Of a stretch of 64,000 nucleotides of DNA, positions 41,581-54,872 are shown in pieces (positions within the stretch are counted from its first letter, which is position 1; every line of letters begins with the position of its first letter). The position numbers and the translations under genes were made by a program. The notes beneath the pieces were generated by a model, which was given only the letters and a program-made list of their open reading frames with translations, was not told the DNA's origin and searched no databases. The stretch comes from Camelus dromedarius. Its lineage: Eukaryota. The stretch is taken from contig NC_087460.1 in NCBI RefSeq assembly GCF_036321535.1, positions 5,146,001 through 5,210,000 on the forward strand, given 5' to 3'.

Positions 41581-44500
41581 AAAGCAAGGTATCTGGCAGG
41601 GTGATGTGGGGGTCAGGGTGGGCAGGAGCCGCTGAGGCTCTCTGGCACATGACAGGTGGTTTTTCAGACCATCAGCCTTCCCATCGTTTTCTCAGACCTG
41701 CCGCCTTCTCTTCTCCCTCGCATCCCCTTTGCCACATCCTCCTCTCCGGTCCATCTCTACCCATGTGCTTCTCTTGCTCCGGTTTGGTCCCCAATCTCAT
41801 CCTGGGGTCTCTCTCCCCTCCTCCTCCAATTTCTCCCTGCTGGAGATACCTCAGGTGTCAGAGGGACTTGCCTCTGAGGGGCGAGACGCATCTCTGGGGG
41901 GCTCTCCGTTTTCACTGGGCCATGCCGGCCCTGAGGGTGTGTGGCAGAGCCATCTGGTCCATCTCCGTCCCATCCTGGGGAGAAACTGTTCCCTGCAGCT
42001 CAGCAATTCGGAGCACGTATGTTTTGGCGTGTTCCTCTGCATCTCTACCCTGATGCCTGCACGCAGCTGGGCTGTGGGTTACCAGAGCTGCCCTCTCTGG
42101 CAGACAGCGGATAAATTCAACTGGGTGAGGCCATCAGTAGGACCCAGAGCAGGGCGGGGAAGAGTGCTCAGATAGGTGGAGAGGGGCAGCAGAGGGCAGA
42201 AATGGGTGTGTGGAGGTGCTAAATGAGGGGTGAGAGGAAAGGCAAGAAGGAGAAGGGAGTTGAGGTGTGGGAGGGGGTAAGAGGGGATGGATGCAGATCA
42301 AGGTGGAGGCAAAAAAGGAGAGGGGAATGAAGGGGAAATCAGGAAGAACAGGTAGGGAGGGGAAGTCCAAGGAGCCCACGAGTGAGTGAAAGGAGATGGA
42401 CACTAGGGAAGAGTTGGTGGCCGAGAGGAGGGGGGCAGGGAGACAGGGAGGGGGCAGGGTGGGGGGTGAGCTGTGCACAGCCCCCCATCCTCTCTGACCT
42501 CAGCCACTCTCAGCCTTCCTGTGCTGCCTTCTGAGCACCATCTTGTGGCTCTCTCCTTTGCCACTAGAGAAGGGAGTTACGGGGGTCCTCAGCAAGGAAG
42601 GGGCAGGCATTCAGGTACCAGAAGGCTTTTGGAGGGGTAGTTGGAAGAAAGACTGGAAACCAGGGTTTCTTGCTCATCATGACGTCTGAGGGTTAGTTCC
42701 TTTGGGTGACTCAGTTTCCCTCTGATGGTATGTCTTCCTCCACCCATGTCTCCCTAATGGGCCGTCATGAATGTACTTTGGGAACTTGGGGGTTGGCCTG
42801 ATTTGATGGAGCAGGCAGAGGAGGTTGGGGCTGGGATGATGTAGAGGAGGTTGGGGCTGGGATGATGTAGAAGGGGCGGGAGGCCTCTGCACCTTCCCTG
42901 TAGCCCCTCATCAAGCTAGTGAGAGATTGGTCCTCGGGAGGAGACATGATTGAGTTGAGTCTGGTAGGAGACGAGAGATCCGGAGGCTGAGTCCCACATC
43001 TCTCCTGGATTGGCGGGTGGCTGAAGGGAAGAGGGGAGGCAAGAATGAGGACTCAGCCATCAGTCTGTATAAAAAGTGGGGTTCAGGGAGCATGAGGTTC
43101 GATGGCCCTGTGGGGGACATAGAAACGTGCTGGTTACAAGTGTGTTCCCTTGGGTGTGAGGGTGAGAAGCAGGGAGGGGATCTGTCATGTTTCTAGGCCA
43201 GTTCGATAATCCCTGAGGATGTCAGCTGTGCTGGGTCCAGTCATTTGGCGTTGATTCCTCTGTTCCAGCCCTGCCCATCTCTGTCCCCCTCCCTCTGTCC
43301 TATATATTTCCCTGTCTCTCTTTTCTCTTCTTCTCTCTACTCCGGGAGAATGGCCTTAGGATGGGGCTTGGCTGGGAGAGGACAGGATCAGGACTGAAGT
43401 GAGGTGGTGATGGTGGAGAGGATGAACACTCAGGAGAGTCTAAAGAAACTTCTAGGCTTCTTCTTTTCCTAATCTCAACTCCGCCCTTTATCTGTCCTTT
43501 CCTTTTCCCAGGGCTTTCTGGTGGCCCACCACTGCTCCTTAAATGCCCAGTGTCCACTTGAAGTCCCTAAAGAAAAGTCTCTTCTGATCATATTTCCCAG
43601 GGGAGATGGCAGTCTCCCTCCACCCACCCCCAGGGCAGGCTGTTGCCATGGAAACTCTATCCTGCCCTAGGAGAAGGCTGTGACCTCCCACAGACCTTCT
43701 GACTCCTTTCAGAGCTGATTTCTTGTCCTCAGCCCATCCTCCTGCAGATGCTTCTGCAGGGGATGGGAAGGGTGGTGACACTGGAGTGTGGTTGTCTGGG
43801 TCTACAAGGGTTGTGTGGCGGTGGAGGGCCAGCTCACAGGTGCTCCCTCTTCTCCCTGGGGGGTCAGCCAACAAGCACAAGCCATGGATCGAGGCAGAAT
43901 ACCAGGGCATCGTCATGGAGAACGACAACACGGTCCTGCTGAACCCACCCCTCTTTGCCTTGGACAAGGATGCCCCACTGCGCTATGCAGGTAACTGGGG
44001 TGGGGGCAGGGCAAGGCGGGTGGGATGGAGAGAAGTGGGTTGGGGGCCGGGGCAAGCGAGGAGAGGGGAGGTCCTGGGAAGGAGAGCCATGAGGACGTGG
44101 GGAGGAGGCTTTGGGAAAGTGGAAGAAGTGGGCTCCGTGAGGGAATGGGCAACGGTGAAGAATGGTAGTTAAGGAAAGGGAGCCAGAGAGAAGGATGTGG
44201 GCAGGCAGGGGTTAACGCATCAAAATTTTGCCAGATCTCAGACCTGGTGGCTCTGAGAGGTGGCACCTCAGGGAGACTGGGGTCTGAGCTGTATGTTTGA
44301 AAATGAATGCTTTCCGTGTGTGAGAGAAGGGCCAGGGGTTTGGGAGGAGAGGTGAAGTGGGAGTCCCAGACGGTCCGGTGGTGGTGGTGGTCGGGGGCAG
44401 GGGTCGAGGCTGGGAAGGAGATTCTGGAGGTGATGCAGGGACCTCAGCCTTCCCTCCCGCCCGGCCAGGTGAGATCTGTGGCTTCCGGCTCCATGGGTCG

Positions 44501-47500
44501 GGGGTGCCCTTTGAGGCCGTGATCCTGGACAAGGCGACAGGAGAAGGGCTGATCCGGGCCAAGGAGCCAGTGGACTGCGAGGCCCAGAAGGAGCACACGT
44601 TCACCATCCAGGCCTACGACTGTGGCGAGGGTCCCGATGGGGCCAACACCAAGAAGTCCCACAAGTGAGGAAGCCATGGTCCCCGCCCTCCACTGCAGGC
44701 CTGCTCTCGCGCAGGCCCTCCCCATCCTCTGTGCGCAGTCATTGACTGTCTGCCCCGCCCCCCTCTGCCCATGGGGTTTGGAGACACAGCCTTGTCCCCC
44801 AGGAGCCTTCAGCCAGAGTGACAGAAGCATATGGTAGAACTCAGTTGGATCTAACGTTGGCTTTGCTGCCTATGACTTTGGGCTACTTCTCAGCCTTTCT
44901 GGGTCTGCTTTTCCTTGTCTGTAAAATGGGGATAATAAAGAATTCTGTAGGTTGCTGTGAAGATGAAAGGAGACAGTTTATGTAAAAAGCAGGCACTGCA
45001 GTGCCTGCCTCACGGGAAGGGGCTCTATACCCGGGGGTTAGGATGCTGAGGAGAATGAGGGAGAGGCTGAGCTCATCAGTACACACCCACATTCCTTTCA
45101 ACTGCCCGGTCATCTGCTGGCACTGTGCACCTCACTCACACACAGCACACACACATGCACACGCACTGCTCTAGGGGAGGGTGGGCTGGGCCTGGGACCC
45201 CTACATCTGTTCCCAGCTAGCTTGTCATTTCAGAATGGGGGAAAGATCTGCGGTCAGGATCCCTGGCCACTAGAGGTGCTAGAGATAAATTGCTCCTTGT
45301 GACTCAGTTTCCCATTGGGAGCTAGGACCCTTCCCTCTGGGCCCTGGGCACCCGGATCTGGGCTGGGGACGGGGCTCAGCACGAAGGGCTTAGCTCCAGC
45401 TCTGCTCCCCCTGTGGGGCCCTGAGCGAGGAGGGGCCACAGCTGTCTTGTTCATCGCACACGTCAGACGATTTGTGTCTTATACAAATGCTTCTTCCCTT
45501 AATGTAGTTGGTTTTAATTTGGCTTTTACTCTGCACTTCCTTGATTATCCCATTGGATCTGATCATTGTGAAGGAACAACCTGCTGGACACACACTCCAC
45601 TGTCTTGCCCCTGTCTTGCCATCCCAACCTACAGCATTCTGTACAGAATTCATCCAGATCAGTGTCCCCTGGGGTCGTTCCTTACCTCTCCCTGGTGGTG
45701 CCTGGTGCCCTGGGGTGCAGGGGGCGGTTAGATGAGTGTTCTCACGGCCCCAGGCTCAGGACCCACTGGCTCCCGCCTTCTCTGTCTCCCTGTCTGGATT
45801 CCTACTTGTCGCTGACCCTCCCTTGTCCTACTTCTGCTCTGGTGCCTGCAGGGCCACTGTGCATGTGCGGGTCAACGATGTGAACGAGTTTGCCCCAGTG
45901 TTTGTGGAGCGACTGTACCGCGCGGCCGTGACCGAGGGGAAACTCTACGACCGCATCCTACGGGTGGAGGCCATCGACGGCGACTGCTCCCCTCAGTACA
46001 GCCAGATTTGCTACTATGAAATCCTCACGCCCAACACCCCTTTCCTCATCGACAACGACGGTGAGCCCACCCCAGCTGCTCAGCCCCATGCACCACCATC
46101 CCTCAGGACACCTCAGGTCTGCGCTCTCCACTTCTCCTGCCCTCACATCCCGCTTCCACTCCCTCCTTCTCCCTCCTTCCCAGATACGGAGCCTATCCCC
46201 CAGTTTCCTTCTTTCTAGCTTCTCACTGCCTAATTCACCTGCTGCCCAGCTAGCTCACGAGTCCTTCCCTGGCCTCCCTGAACTGCCTCTAGCACTCCTG
46301 GCCTTCTCTGTCCCCCACCCCAGGGAACATTGAGAACACGGAGAAGCTGCAGTACAGCGGCGAGAGGCTCTACAAGTTCACGGTGACGGCTTATGACTGT
46401 GGGAAGAAGCGGGCAGCAGATGATGCCGAGGTGGAGATCCAGGTGAAGCCCACCTGTAAACCCAGCTGGCAAGGTGAGCAGCTCGGCTCTGGGACCCGTC
46501 TCATGACCCACCATTCACCCTGGTCTCCCTTTTCGTCCCTTCTGACAATCACGGGGGCCAGGCTAGGAGTCGAGGGAGGGATATTTGGGCAGGCCACAAG
46601 CTGTCCACCGTGGCTGGCCATTTTCGGAGGAGCCAGAGACTGTCAGTGGGCGTGGCCAGAGCAGAAGGGATAGGAGGGGCTGCCTCACCCATCTGCTTCT
46701 CCACCACCCTCTTCCTCACACCCCTGCAGGCTGGAACAAAAGGATTGAATATGCACCAGGCGCCGGAAGCTTGGCTTTGTTCCCTGGAATCCGTCTGGAG
46801 ACCTGTGATGAACCTCTCTGGAACATTCAGGCCGCCATAGAGCTGCAGACCAGCCATGTGGCCAAGGGCTGTGACCGTGACAACTACTCAGAGCGGGCAC
46901 TGCGGAAACTCTGCGGTGGGTGTGCCTCCCGGGCTGTCCCTTCCCATTCAGCCTCTGCCTGACCCTCCTCTGCCTCTTTCTTGAGGATCTGTCTTACGTC
47001 TTCCTTTGCCCGTCTGTAGATGCGTGTACACACCCACAGGGGCGTGGCGCGTGGTTATGTCTTGCGGTCCAAAGAGCATGTAAATGTGTGGCTGGCAGAG
47101 ATGTAAGATGGTGGCACAGGAAGGTCGCCAGATACATTGTGGAGCAGTGGCAGGAGAGATGAGGAGCTGGAGGAGGTGAGGTTAAAAGGGAGCTACTCCT
47201 AGAGGAGAGGCTCACTCCTTTGCTGTCGCTGAAAGGCCAGAAGAGGTGGTGAAACGAGCTGGGGGAAATCTTTCCCCATCAGTCACCCTTTCCCTGCCTG
47301 CATCCTGTTCTCCGTCGTCTGTGTCTCGGCTCTGACCCCTGTGCCTCCTGGGGCTCCTGCAGGTGCTGCCCCTGGGGAGGTGGATCTGCTGCCCATGCCC
47401 GGCCCCAATGCCAACTGGACGGCGGGGCTGTCAGTGCACTACAGCCAGGACAGCAGCCTCATCTACTGGTTCAACGGCACCCAGGCTGTGCAGGTGCCAC

Positions 47501-50500
47501 TGGGNNNNNNNNNNNNNNNNNNNNNNNNNNNNNNNNNNNNNNNNNNNNNNNNNNNNNNNNNNNNNNNNNNNNNNNNNNNNNNNNNNNNNNNNNNNNNNNN
47601 NNNNNNNNNNNNNNNNNNNNNNNNNNNNNNNNNNNNCCAGAATGGTGAGCCTTCCTCAGGGCACCGGTCTGAGAGTGGGGAGACCGGCTTCTCGTCCTGC
47701 CTCGGTCCCTGTCTGGTCTGTGACCGAGGATGGGCCACCTCCTCTCTGTTCATCTGTAAGGTAGCGGTGCCAGGTTTCAGATTCCCGCGATTTACTCCAA
47801 TACAGCAAGTTGCATTCCCAGTGCTCTCAGAGGGCCCTGGGACTGCTCACTCCTGTCCTTCTTTGCAGCTGCCCGATTGCCCTGCATCCCACCATGTAGT
47901 AAGGCTGCCCCCCAAATCTGGTCCCATCATGACCCTCCCATCGCAGTGGAAGAGCCTGAGTAACAGTGTGCCCCCTCCTTACTCTTCCACCCCCCCCCGT
48001 AAGGCCCCTCCTCCCTCTACTGCAGTGGCGCGTCCCTGTCGGGCGGGCTCAGCCCTGACCTGCTCTTTCGTTTCTGTCACCTCTCGGGGCCCATTTCCCT
48101 TGACCTGAAAAGGATTGTTAGCCAAGTTTGTATTGTTTGTATTAAGCAAAGGACCAGTGAAGATCCGGGTGGCAGCAGGCTGGCCAGTGTCCCCCCTCAG
48201 CCAATTAGAGTGGCCGAGAAGCCCTAGACTGGACTGTGTGTGTGTGTGAGAGGTGGGGGGCACTGGGAGGGAGCGAGAGTGATGCTAGAGAACGAGGGAG
48301 AGGTAGCACCTGAGAGGATATGAGAAGCCAGCATCCCCTCCCTCATGGTGCTTTGAACCTGCTCTTGCCTCAGGCCCTGTGTTTGACCCCCATCCCCACC
48401 CTCTTCCCTCAGAGGACGGCTTCTCTCACTACTCACTGACTGTCCACGGCTGCAGAATTGCCTTCCTCTACTGGCCCCTGCTCGAGAGCGCCCGCCCGGT
48501 CAAGTTTCTCTGGAAGCTGGAACAGGTGAGGTGGGGCCAGGCTCCTGGGAAGCGGGGCGGATGGATGTAACTTACCTTCGGGGGAGTAGGTCCTAGGGCC
48601 AAGGTGGGCATTTTCTGGGTTGCCCTGTGTCCCCTCTTTCAATCTCTGCTTTCAGTTCCTGGCCATTCTACTGCCTGGTCCTCTTGTTCTGTTTTTCTCC
48701 AAGGCTTGTCTCCTACAGAAAGCGCTCCTGGATTAAAAGGAAGTAGGGAACAAATTACTACTAACACCAAACCCAACCAACCATCTCCCTGCCCTTTGTT
48801 TTATTTCATCTCTTTCTTATCTAGAAACTTAACAGTGCATATCCCTCACTCTCAAGAAGTCAGCACGTTGAAATCGAGGAAATAAGTAGTCTGAGGTTCA
48901 TAGATCGGGTTTGAGTCCTGCCAGGGGAACTTACTAGCAGGGAAATCTCAGTTAATGTGGTGTTTTTTTTTCTAACCTGTGAAATGTGGATAATAAGAAT
49001 TCTATGTCCCAGGGTGGTTGTAGGATTAAATGATGTAATAGACCTTTATAGACTGAAAAGCAGTCTATGTATGTGAGTTCTTACTAGTAGCCATGATTAT
49101 GAGGGCTAAATAAAAACAGGCAAGAAAGAAAGAGAGAGAAAAAAGAAAAATCTCTTGAGCCAACAGCTGCAGCCTCTTCTTTATTCATTCTCCAAGCTGA
49201 CCACAAGGACCTTGGGGACTAGTTTGAGTTTCCATCTCCTTCTGTTTTGCTTGCACCCCCCGCCCCCGCCCCCAGCCCCGGTGGAGTGGCTGAGTAAGCC
49301 GATGGTTGACAAGGGGCAGGAAGTGGAAGAGAGAGAAATGAAAATCCGCAAACTGGATAACTGAGGGCTGTCTGCAGAAGCTTCTGCTTTCTGTGGCCCT
49401 CTGATTTTTAATTTAATTTTTTTGATTGAAGTGTAGTTGATGTGCAATGTTAGTTTCAGGTGTACAGCAAAGCAATTCAGTTATAGATATATACATATAT
49501 ACATACACATGTATCTTCAGGTTCTTTTCCATTATAGCTTGTTACAAGAAATTGAATATAGTTCCCTGTGCTCTACAGTGGTTCCTTGTTGTTGATCTAC
49601 TGTATGTACGGTAGTGTGTATTTGTTAACCTCAAACACCTAATTTGTCCCCCTCCCTGACCTTGTGGTCCTCTTTTAAAGAGATATTCTGCCATCTGCTT
49701 CTTCTTGATCTTTCCCCCACGTTGCTAACATTGGTGACATTACTATTTTGATTTTTCTTTCATTTACCCTTACTTATTCAACCAATATTTGTTCAGTACC
49801 AATGCCCTGCTATTCTGCTAGGTTCTGGGGATACAGTGGTGTCTGAGATGGAACAAAATCTCTACCTCCATTGAGCTTACATTATAGTTGGGGAGATAGA
49901 TTTTTAAAAAGTAAGTAGACATATAAAAATGGTAAATTGGGGGAGGGTATAGCTCAGCAGTAGAGCGCGTGCTTAGCAGGCACGAGGTCCTGCCTTCAGT
50001 CTGCGGTACCTCCATTAAAAAATGATAAATTGTGATAAATTCTTTGAAAGAACAAGTAAAAGACTAAGGGGAAGACTAGAGGAGGCAGGGAGAGGGGAAC
50101 TCGCCTTAGACTGGATGTTTGGGGAGGGCGTGATGGCTGTAAAACATGAGCTTATCCTAAAGGATGAGAAACAGCCGTGAGGAGAGAGAGTTCCAGGCAG
50201 AGGGAAGAGCAGGTGCAGAGGCCCTGAGGCAGGAAAGGGCTTAGCATGTTCCAGGCCTGGAAAGAGGGCCAGGGAGTTCGGGCACAGTGAACAAGGGTGA
50301 AGACCGGATTTGAGGTCGGAGAGATGGGCAGTGATCAGGTGTACGATGGACTTTGTCAGCCGGGGATTGTTTGAATTTTGTACTCTGAGAGATGGGAAGC
50401 CCTTTGAAGTGCTTTCAGAAGGGACGTGACCTGATCAGATTTACATTTTAAGAAGATCCCTTTGGCAAACATGGGAGGAGGCGAGACCTCAGAGTGGAAG

Positions 50501-53500
50501 TGCTCGGACCAGACTGTTGCAACATGTACATGCAGGAAAGATGGAGGACTTGAATGATGCATGGCAACGGAGATGGAGAGAACCTCGCAGAAACCCACAG
50601 CTCTTAGTTCTGTTTGCACCCAGGCTGGATAGCACCTGTTGATGGACAGTGTGACACTCTCCTTAGGGATGTTTATAATTTTAAAGACTTACCTGAAGAT
50701 GGACGCACGAGGGACTCCCAGCCTCCCAGGAAGTGCGGTAGAGCCTTGGGTTAGTTCCTTGGGGATGGAGTGACTGAGGGGTTCCTGCCCTTCCCCACCC
50801 CCAGGTCTGTGATGATGAATGGCACCACTACGCCTTGAACCTCGAGTTCCCCACGGTCACACTCTATGCTGATGGCATCTCCTTTGACCCTGCCCTCATC
50901 CACGACAATGGTCTTATCCACCCGCCCCGAAGGGAGCCCGCGCTCATGATTGGGGCCTGCTGGACTGGTAAGTGCCCTCCAGCTTCTCCGTGGGGACACT
51001 GATGGTTGGCACCTCCAGTGGTTGGTGGAGGAGCAAGGGCAGCTCGACCTCCTGTGTGCAGCTCCCTGCAGCTGGGCAGGGAGACCCCAGCCCCTTGTGT
51101 CTCCCACCTATTGGACTGCTCATCGCCTCTGACGTGGAGGAATTTCCTGCTCAACCATCACCAGAATCTCTCTTTCTGTAACTTCGGCCACTTCCCTCTT
51201 TGTTGCTTCTCAGTGGTGACTTCCACAGCCCATTCCCCTACCGGAGGACAACAACCCTATGAGAGTCCTCATTCTTCACTTTTAAGCAATTTTTTTCATT
51301 TTTTTCCCCTCTGGGAACTTGCGTGTATGTATATGTAGTGTGTGTGTGTAGGGGGGTGTGTATGTATGTGGTGTATGTGTGTATGTGATGTGTATGTGTA
51401 TGTAGTGTGTGTATGTATATGGTGTGTGTGTGGGGTGCGGTGTGTATGTTTGTGGTGTATGTGTACATGTAGTGTGTCTGGTGTGTGTGTGTGTGGGGGG
51501 GGGTCTTACCAGAGCCCTTGTATTTTGTCAGAAACCTATCCAGGGTTTGCCTGTAACAGAGGCCAGAGAGGCTGAGACCTGACAACTCAGCGAAGAGATC
51601 CAAGTCCTACGTGGGCAGGGGCAGGGGCATGGCGGGGGAGACCTCCCCTTCCTCTCTGTCCGTCTGTCCCCACATGCCTGAGCTCACTGGCACTTTTTCC
51701 CCCCCAGAGGAGAAGAACAAAGAGAAGGAAAAGGGAGGAGACAACAGTACGGACGCCACACCAGGTACCCGAGTGTCAGACGTGGAGGCGGGAGAGGTCA
51801 CGTCTCAGCCTTCTGCTCCTCGCTCCCGCTCCCGGGCCGCGCCGTCGGGTCGGGCCTGGCTGTTAGCGCCTGGCCCGCCCACCAGGGGGCAGAGCCTCCC
51901 AGAAGCACCGCCAGGCAGGCTCTCCCCGGGAAACGCGCGGCCGGATGGAGCTGGCGGGGCGCCCGGGGTCCTTTCCCGCCTAAGAGTGAAGTAAAGGGGC
52001 TGTCGGGCCGGCTTTCCGGGTAGCAGAGCGCAGGAGGCGGGCGGCAGGCCCGCGGCAGGGAGATCTGGGCATCCGTGAAGCTCACACGCATTCTTCCCAG
52101 GGCTCCCTGCATGCACCGTGTAGACCCCTCCCCGGTCTCCTCCTTTCCCACCTTGGGTCACCTCTACCTCCTTTGGTCCTGCTGTCCTTCTTCCCTTTTC
52201 CCTCTGCCGAAGCCTTATCGTTCCGTTGTTTCTGTTTTTCACCTCCCCTCCCCTCGGCCGGTTTTATTCTGCCTTCTGTTCTCTCGCTCTGCTTGCTCCC
52301 TCTCCCCTTCGCTTCGCTTCCCTCTCCATCTTTCCTTCTTTGCATTTCCACCTTTCCGCTCCCTTACTCAGGCCTTCAGCTCTCTCCTTCTCTCTCTCTC
52401 AGCCCCCTTTCCTTGTGCCGTCTCTCCTCCCCTCTCGCCTCCTCTCACCACCCGTCCGCCCCTGTGTTCCTGCCCTAGGAGACCCCTTGCCGATCCACCA
52501 CTACTTCCACGGCTACCTGGCTGGTTTCAGCGTGCGCTCAGGCCGCCTGGAGAGCCGTGAGGTCATCGAGTGCCTCTATGCATGTCGGGAGGGGCTGGAC
52601 TATAGGGATTTCGAGAGCCTGGGCAAAGGCATGAAGGTATTGCCCCTTCCTCTAGCCCCCTCCCTCCGGGCATGCCCCCAGCCCCAGCCCTTCCCCCCCT
52701 CCCCCCCAGCCCCACCTCTGCCCCCTTCCCCTCCGCCTCCCGGTCTTGCCTCCCGGTCCNNNNNNNNNNNNNNNNNNNNNNNNNNNNNNNNNNNNNNNNN
52801 NNNNNNNNNNNNNNNNNNNNNNNNNNNNNNNNNNNNNNNNNNNNNNNNNNNNNNNNNNNNNNNNNNNNNNNNNNNNNNNNNNNNNNNNNNNNNNNNNNNN
52901 NNNNNNNNNNNNNNNNNNNNNNNNNNNNNNNNNNNNNNNNNNNNNNNNNNNNNNNGCGGGCGAATCACAGAACAGAGCCAGACAGTGTCAGAACGCCTTG
53001 GCCTTGGGTACCACCTACGGCTGGGCACGCCTCCCCCATTTTAAGGGTGGAAAACTGACCTGCCCAGCTGACACAGCCTTACTGATGGAAGAGCCTGGAC
53101 TACACCCTGATTTTCCCACAACCAACTCATTGCTCTTTCCGCTAAAGCACGCTTCCAATATTTGGGAGTTTTAATCTCCCAGCCTCTATGCTGACATGTA
53201 AAGTGGGACCGAAGAGGGGACTGGACTGGGAGCCAGGAGACCTGACACTAATTCTGACTCAGTACTAATTGCCTGGATGACCTTGGGCAAAGAGCTGTAG
53301 TTGCTTGAGTCGTCAAGCTCTTGCAAGGTCCGACAGGGTGACCTGAGTCTGTGGGTTGGCAGCCTGAGGCCCTCTGCGTCAAATCTGGCCTGCTGCCTGT
53401 TTTTGTAAGTAAAGTTTTATTAGGACACAGCCTGCCTGCTCATTTGCATGTTGTTTATGGAAATGAGCTGCTTTCGCCCAATGATGGCAGGGCTGAGTAG

Positions 53501-54786
53501 CTGGGACAGACGCTGTATGGCCCCCCAAATCAAAAAATATTTACTGTCTGGCTGTTCATTGAAAACATATGCTAACTTTGAATTCTAAGCGAACAATTTT
53601 GAATTCTTTAAAAGAAAAATCGTATATTACTTCAAGGTTTAAGTATATTAGGTGTTTAAAAATACAAATTGATTGAGAGGTAATGAAAGCATCATAGTTA
53701 CTAGCTTTTTAGCGCTGAGAAAATGCTGTAAAGCAGGGATAACAATAGAATCTAACTCATGGAATTGTTGTGAGAATAAATGATGTCATCCAGATCAAAT
53801 GCCCAGTGGAGTGTCCCTTCTGCAAACTTCGGCTCCTATTATGTGAAGGCGTTTTTGACCTCTTATCATGTTTATGGGGCAGTTTTTAGGAGACGCTGCC
53901 ATCTAGTAGGTGGATGACACAGTGTAGAGGTCAGGTTTCCTGAGTCCAGGTTCCCTTCTCCCCTCGCCTGCCTCAGTTTCTCCAAAAGCTGTCTGAGGAG
54001 AGGCTCTCCGACTTTCCCCTGTCCTGGCAGGGGTGGGTTTGGAGCGTAGAGGGCTCTGAGCCCTGGGCAGTGACTGGGCTGGATCATCAGGCCTGGCGAT
54101 TGGAGCTGAGGAGGGCAGGGGCAGGGCCTTTGGGAACTGGGCTGCTGGTCCGTGGCGTGGGCACAGTGTGAAGCTGAAGGCCACGGGCAAATGAGGTCAT
54201 GGGGGTGCAGATCAGCGCTGAGGATGTGCCCCACCATGTTCTAGTCAGAACTCTGGCTATTTTGGGTGGGGGGAGGGTGTAGCACATGCTTAGCATGCAC
54301 AAGGTCCTGGGTTCAATCCCCAGTACCTCCATTAAAAAAAAAAAAACGAATAAACCTAATTACTTCCCCCCAAAAAAGAATTAAAAAAAAAGAACTCTAG
54401 CTTTTAAAGGGCTTTCATCTGGCTCAGGGACCAAGGAATTGCCTCAGCCTTCAGGAGCCATCTCAGAAGCAGGGCTCTGCCTTCTGGCTTAGACTGGGGC
54501 GCTGCAGGCGGCACCCCACAATGGGGGAGGTGACACCCTCTTTGTTGCCTGGCTCATCTGAAGTCCTCCTACCTCTTTCCTGCCCAGGGAGGAGGCTTAT
54601 CCAAGGGCTAGCAGCCTGATGCGGGTCCTTCAGCAGAGGGAAGGGGCCATTTTCTTTTATGAGATTAAGAGAGAGAGAGAGGTCTCCTTCCTGCATTTCA
54701 GGGCTGCCATGTGGTTCGTGTTACGCTAACACTTCTTTGAGGTCACTAACACTTCTTTGAGGTCGCAGGAGAACATATAGCAGGAT

Positions 54787-54872
<86 letters not shown>

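Noticed and set aside
43723-43867. 5' extension of CLSTN3 exon 2 resembling a human alternative N-terminus (LSGSTRVV...)
   Set aside because: Relative to my recollection of that isoform, the ATG is absent and the similarity is split across frames, so it is probably not coding here.
52075-52560. Leu/Ser/Pro/Phe-rich ORFs upstream of CLSTN3 exon 11 (and the mirror purine tract at 42140-42470)
   Set aside because: Translations of pyrimidine- or purine-rich intronic tracts.
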